From a bacterium (GTDB lineage: Bacteria; SM23-31), in the NCBI GenBank assembly GCA_965249485.1, contig OZ252239.1, positions 2,496,001-2,560,000 of the forward strand: a stretch of DNA of 64,000 nucleotides, given 5' to 3'. Shown piece after piece: positions 61,403-64,000 of this stretch. Below the pieces are notes generated by a model. The model was not told the DNA's origin, made no database searches, and saw only the letters and a program-made list of their open reading frames with translations. The number at the start of each line of letters is the position of its first letter. The first letter of the stretch is position 1. A program made the position numbers and the translations under genes.

Positions 61403-62325
61403 TGTTCTCGGTCATTAAAAATCTTTCGAGCGGCTTACAAAAAACACGTTCAAATATTACACAGTCTCTCAAGACAATATTTACCTCTGGGAACGGTAAA
61501 AATGAAGACCTTCTGGATGACGTAGAAGAAGCATTAATTCTCTGTGACATCGGTGTGGATACAGTATCTGATATTATTGATGAAGCCAAAGAGTACATGA
61601 AAAGCCACCGAGATCTGACCTTCGAAAAGCTGTCAGAAATAGTGAAATCCCAAATAATAAAAAAAGTTGAGCCAATCATCTCATGTAACACTTTAGATGA
61701 TGCTGTGAAATCCCCGTTTGTGATTCTGGTTGTTGGAATAAACGGAACTGGAAAAACTACATCTGTCGGAAAATTGGCATATTATTACAAATCACAGGGG
61801 AAAAAAGTTCTTTTAGCAGCAGCGGATACTTTTAGGGCAGCAGGAGTTGAACAACTGGAAGTTTGGAAAGATAGGATTGGTGTTGATGTTGTGAAGAATA
61901 AGGAAGGTACTGATCCAGCTGCAGTAGCATTTGACTCAGTCCAAGCAGCCGTGGCTAGAGAAGTGGATGTATTGCTGATTGATACAGCTGGCCGAATTCA
62001 TACCAATACCAACCTGATGCAGGAATTGGAAAAAATTAAAAGAGTTGTAGGGAAAATCATCCCTAGTGCGCCTCATAAAGTACTCCTGGTCGTTGACGCA
62101 AATATGGGTCAAAATGCTATATCGCAGGCTGAAGTATTTACCAATTCCCTAGGTATCAGCGGAATAATTCTTACAAAACTTGATGGAACTGCAAAGGGTG
62201 GTACTGCAGTGCCGATTATGATAAAATTAAAAATACCTATTGAATTTGTTGGCATTGGAGAGAGTAAAGAGGATATTCGTAAATTCGATTTAAATGAGTT
62301 TACTAATGCACTTTTTACACAATAA
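61402..62325 (+). CDS. ftsY: Signal recognition particle receptor FtsY
   Basis: GINGTGKTT, DTFRAAG, DTAGR, TKLDGTAKGG. Confidence 0.97.
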   Translation: MFSVIKNLSSGLQKTRSNITQSLKTIFTSGNGKNEDLLDDVEEALILCDIGVDTVSDIIDEAKEYMKSHRDLTFEKLSEIVKSQIIKKVEPIISCNTLDDAVKSPFVILVVGINGTGKTTSVGKLAYYYKSQGKKVLLAAADTFRAAGVEQLEVWKDRIGVDVVKNKEGTDPAAVAFDSVQAAVAREVDVLLIDTAGRIHTNTNLMQELEKIKRVVGKIIPSAPHKVLLVVDANMGQNAISQAEVFTNSLGISGIILTKLDGTAKGGTAVPIMIKLKIPIEFVGIGESKEDIRKFDLNEFTNALFTQ

Positions 62326-62347
62326 GAAAGTATCTTTAGTTAATTTC

Positions 62348-63115
62348 ATGATAAACTTAACCGTTTTGGGTTCCGGTACATTGCAACCGACACCTGCAAG
62401 AGGTTGTAGCGGTTATTTGTTGAGAATTGATGAATCAACGATTCTTTTAGATGCCGGTTCCGGAACGCTGAGGCAACTGTCTCATTGCTCAGTATTGGCA
62501 GAAGATGTCGATTATATCTTTTTTTCTCACTTGCACGTAGATCACACCTCTGATTTGATTCCTCTTTTGTTCGCAAAGAGGCACGCATCCCATCACAATA
62601 AGAAAGATATTTCGATTTACGGCCCTCAAGGATTTAAAGTATTTTTCGAAAAACTCAGCCAATTATTTCAAACATATATAGAGCCCGAATCGTACAAAAT
62701 CAATGTATTCGAGTATGACTTGAAGAAAATTGATTTTTCCAATTTTTCTATAACCTTTATACCTGTTCAACACACTGAAAATAGCTGCGGATTCAGAATT
62801 CAAGATACGCACAACTCCCTATTTGCTTATACAGGAGATACGGATTACTGTGATAATCTCATTACATTATGTAAAGATTGCGATATTGCTGTTATTGAAT
62901 GTTCGTTTCCCGATAGCGCTAAAGTTTCTGGGCATATGGTTCCCTGTGAAGTAGGAAAAATAGCTCAAGAGGCAAACTGCAAGCGAGTTTTATTGACTCA
63001 TTTATATCCTAATACCGATAAAAGTGAATTGATTGCCTCTTGTAAGCGTCATTTTGACGGTGAAATTGCTGTTGCAGAAGAATTGCATACGTATACTTTT
63101 GGAAAAAACAGTTAA
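62348..63115 (+). CDS. Metallo-beta-lactamase-fold hydrolase (RNase Z/BN-like)
   Basis: TVLGSG, LLDAGSG, SHLHVDH, YTGDT, GHM, LTHLYP. Confidence 0.88.
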   Translation: MINLTVLGSGTLQPTPARGCSGYLLRIDESTILLDAGSGTLRQLSHCSVLAEDVDYIFFSHLHVDHTSDLIPLLFAKRHASHHNKKDISIYGPQGFKVFFEKLSQLFQTYIEPESYKINVFEYDLKKIDFSNFSITFIPVQHTENSCGFRIQDTHNSLFAYTGDTDYCDNLITLCKDCDIAVIECSFPDSAKVSGHMVPCEVGKIAQEANCKRVLLTHLYPNTDKSELIASCKRHFDGEIAVAEELHTYTFGKNS

Positions 63116-63157
63116 TTACCATACATTACATATTCATATTTTATAAAGGAGGGTAAG

Positions 63158-63622
63158 ATGTACAAGAGTGCAACAATCATAATAATTTGCGCCTTATGCA
63201 GTGTATTTGCTTTTTGTACAGTAAGTGAAAATGTTGATATCCTATCTGCTGAAAAAAAAGTTATATTGTTGGGTGATACTCCTCCGGCTGCTCCATACAG
63301 CCCGGGAATTGTGGTGGGTAATATGCTGTTTTGTTCGGGCATGGTAGGAAGAAAACTTGAGACACAATCATATGGTCATGGCATTGAAGAACAAACGACC
63401 ATTGCTCTTGATAATTTGAATTCTGTCATAGTAAATGCAGGATTTAGCATGGAAAACGTTGTAAAGGCTACCGTATATTTAACCGATATGGACAACTATT
63501 CGGGTATGAATGAAGTATACAGAACCTATTTCCAGAAAAATCCTCCTGCGCGTGCAACCGTTGGAGTGATGGAACTTGTTGGTGAAGCATTAGTAGAAAT
63601 ATCTTGTATAGCAATAAAATAA
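63158..63622 (+). CDS. Second RidA-family protein with an N-terminal export signal
   Basis: Hydrophobic N-terminus, then PYSPG, VKATVYL, NEVY, PPARATV, VEISCIA. Confidence 0.85.
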   Translation: MYKSATIIIICALCSVFAFCTVSENVDILSAEKKVILLGDTPPAAPYSPGIVVGNMLFCSGMVGRKLETQSYGHGIEEQTTIALDNLNSVIVNAGFSMENVVKATVYLTDMDNYSGMNEVYRTYFQKNPPARATVGVMELVGEALVEISCIAIK

Positions 63623-63624
63623 TA

Positions 63625-64000
63625 ATGGTGAATATGACATATCGCATTCAGATGATCAGAATTAAATACATCCTTAGTTGCGCAGTATTGTTAACAATCT
63701 TACTTCTTTTCGGCTGTACAGGAAACTCTGCCGACGACGAGCAGGAAATACTAGAAATGTATACCGAAATCATCCAGGCATTTGCCCGCGAAGATTTGCG
63801 CGGAGTCATGTTCAATATTTCCAAAGACTTTCAATCTGATGTTGAATACCTTCAGACCTATGGTGAAATATTCGAGCATCGCCGGTCATTTATTTTGAAC
63901 AACAGCAAAGTGTCGGTCAATTTCAGAGATATTTCAATTGTCTTGGACGGTTCTCATGCTGAAGTATCATATCGGTTTCAAGCTGAAACAGATCAAGTTG
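63625..64000 (+). CDS. Lipoprotein with a probable NTF2/SnoaL-like domain (partial; runs off the window edge)
   Basis: Not in ORF track. ...LLTILLLFGC lipobox, then EQEILEMYTEIIQAFAREDLRGVMFNISKDF; open to the window end. Confidence 0.7.
   Translation, partial: MVNMTYRIQMIRIKYILSCAVLLTILLLFGCTGNSADDEQEILEMYTEIIQAFAREDLRGVMFNISKDFQSDVEYLQTYGEIFEHRRSFILNNSKVSVNFRDISIVLDGSHAEVSYRFQAETDQV

Overview
AT-rich bacterial chromosome segment. An LpxC-FabZ fusion, the uppS...bamA-skp-lpxD order and a QNYPNPFN-type C-terminal sorting domain suggest the FCB superphylum (KSB1/Calditrichota-like; inference). 1-6.9 kb: minus-strand trpEGDCFBA operon running directly into a chorismate mutase gene. It is preceded by an unannotated attenuator whose 25-aa leader peptide carries eight consecutive aromatic codons (YYWWYWFY). 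7-21 kb: mutL, an EF-G paralog, HIT, glycosyltransferase, TPR proteins, an Arg-tipped EF-P, SDR, GAF/HD-GYP, NUDIX and a Zn-dehydrogenase. 21.5-43 kb is accessory: unknown proteins, an orphan GvpL/F, an Asp/Glu racemase, a glutamate dehydrogenase with a sigma-54-type promoter, a GGT-GNAT-NSAR/OSBS module, moaD-moaE-mocA-like genes and a large Ig-repeat surface protein. It also holds two tandem ferredoxin genes missed by the ORF track, one with an in-frame TGA at an Fe-S cysteine position (selenoprotein candidate) and one starting at ATT. This stretch carries five +1 frameshifts and two other in-frame stops, so sequence error is a live alternative for single-base claims there. 43-64 kb: envelope and housekeeping genes (uppS, TamB-like, bamA, skp, lpxD, lpxC-fabZ, lpxA, folK, dNK, ridA, NSS transporter, purF, ferredoxin plus archaeal-type geranylgeranyl reductase, ftsY, MBL hydrolase, exported RidA). 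No rRNA, tRNA, CRISPR array or mobile element was recognised.
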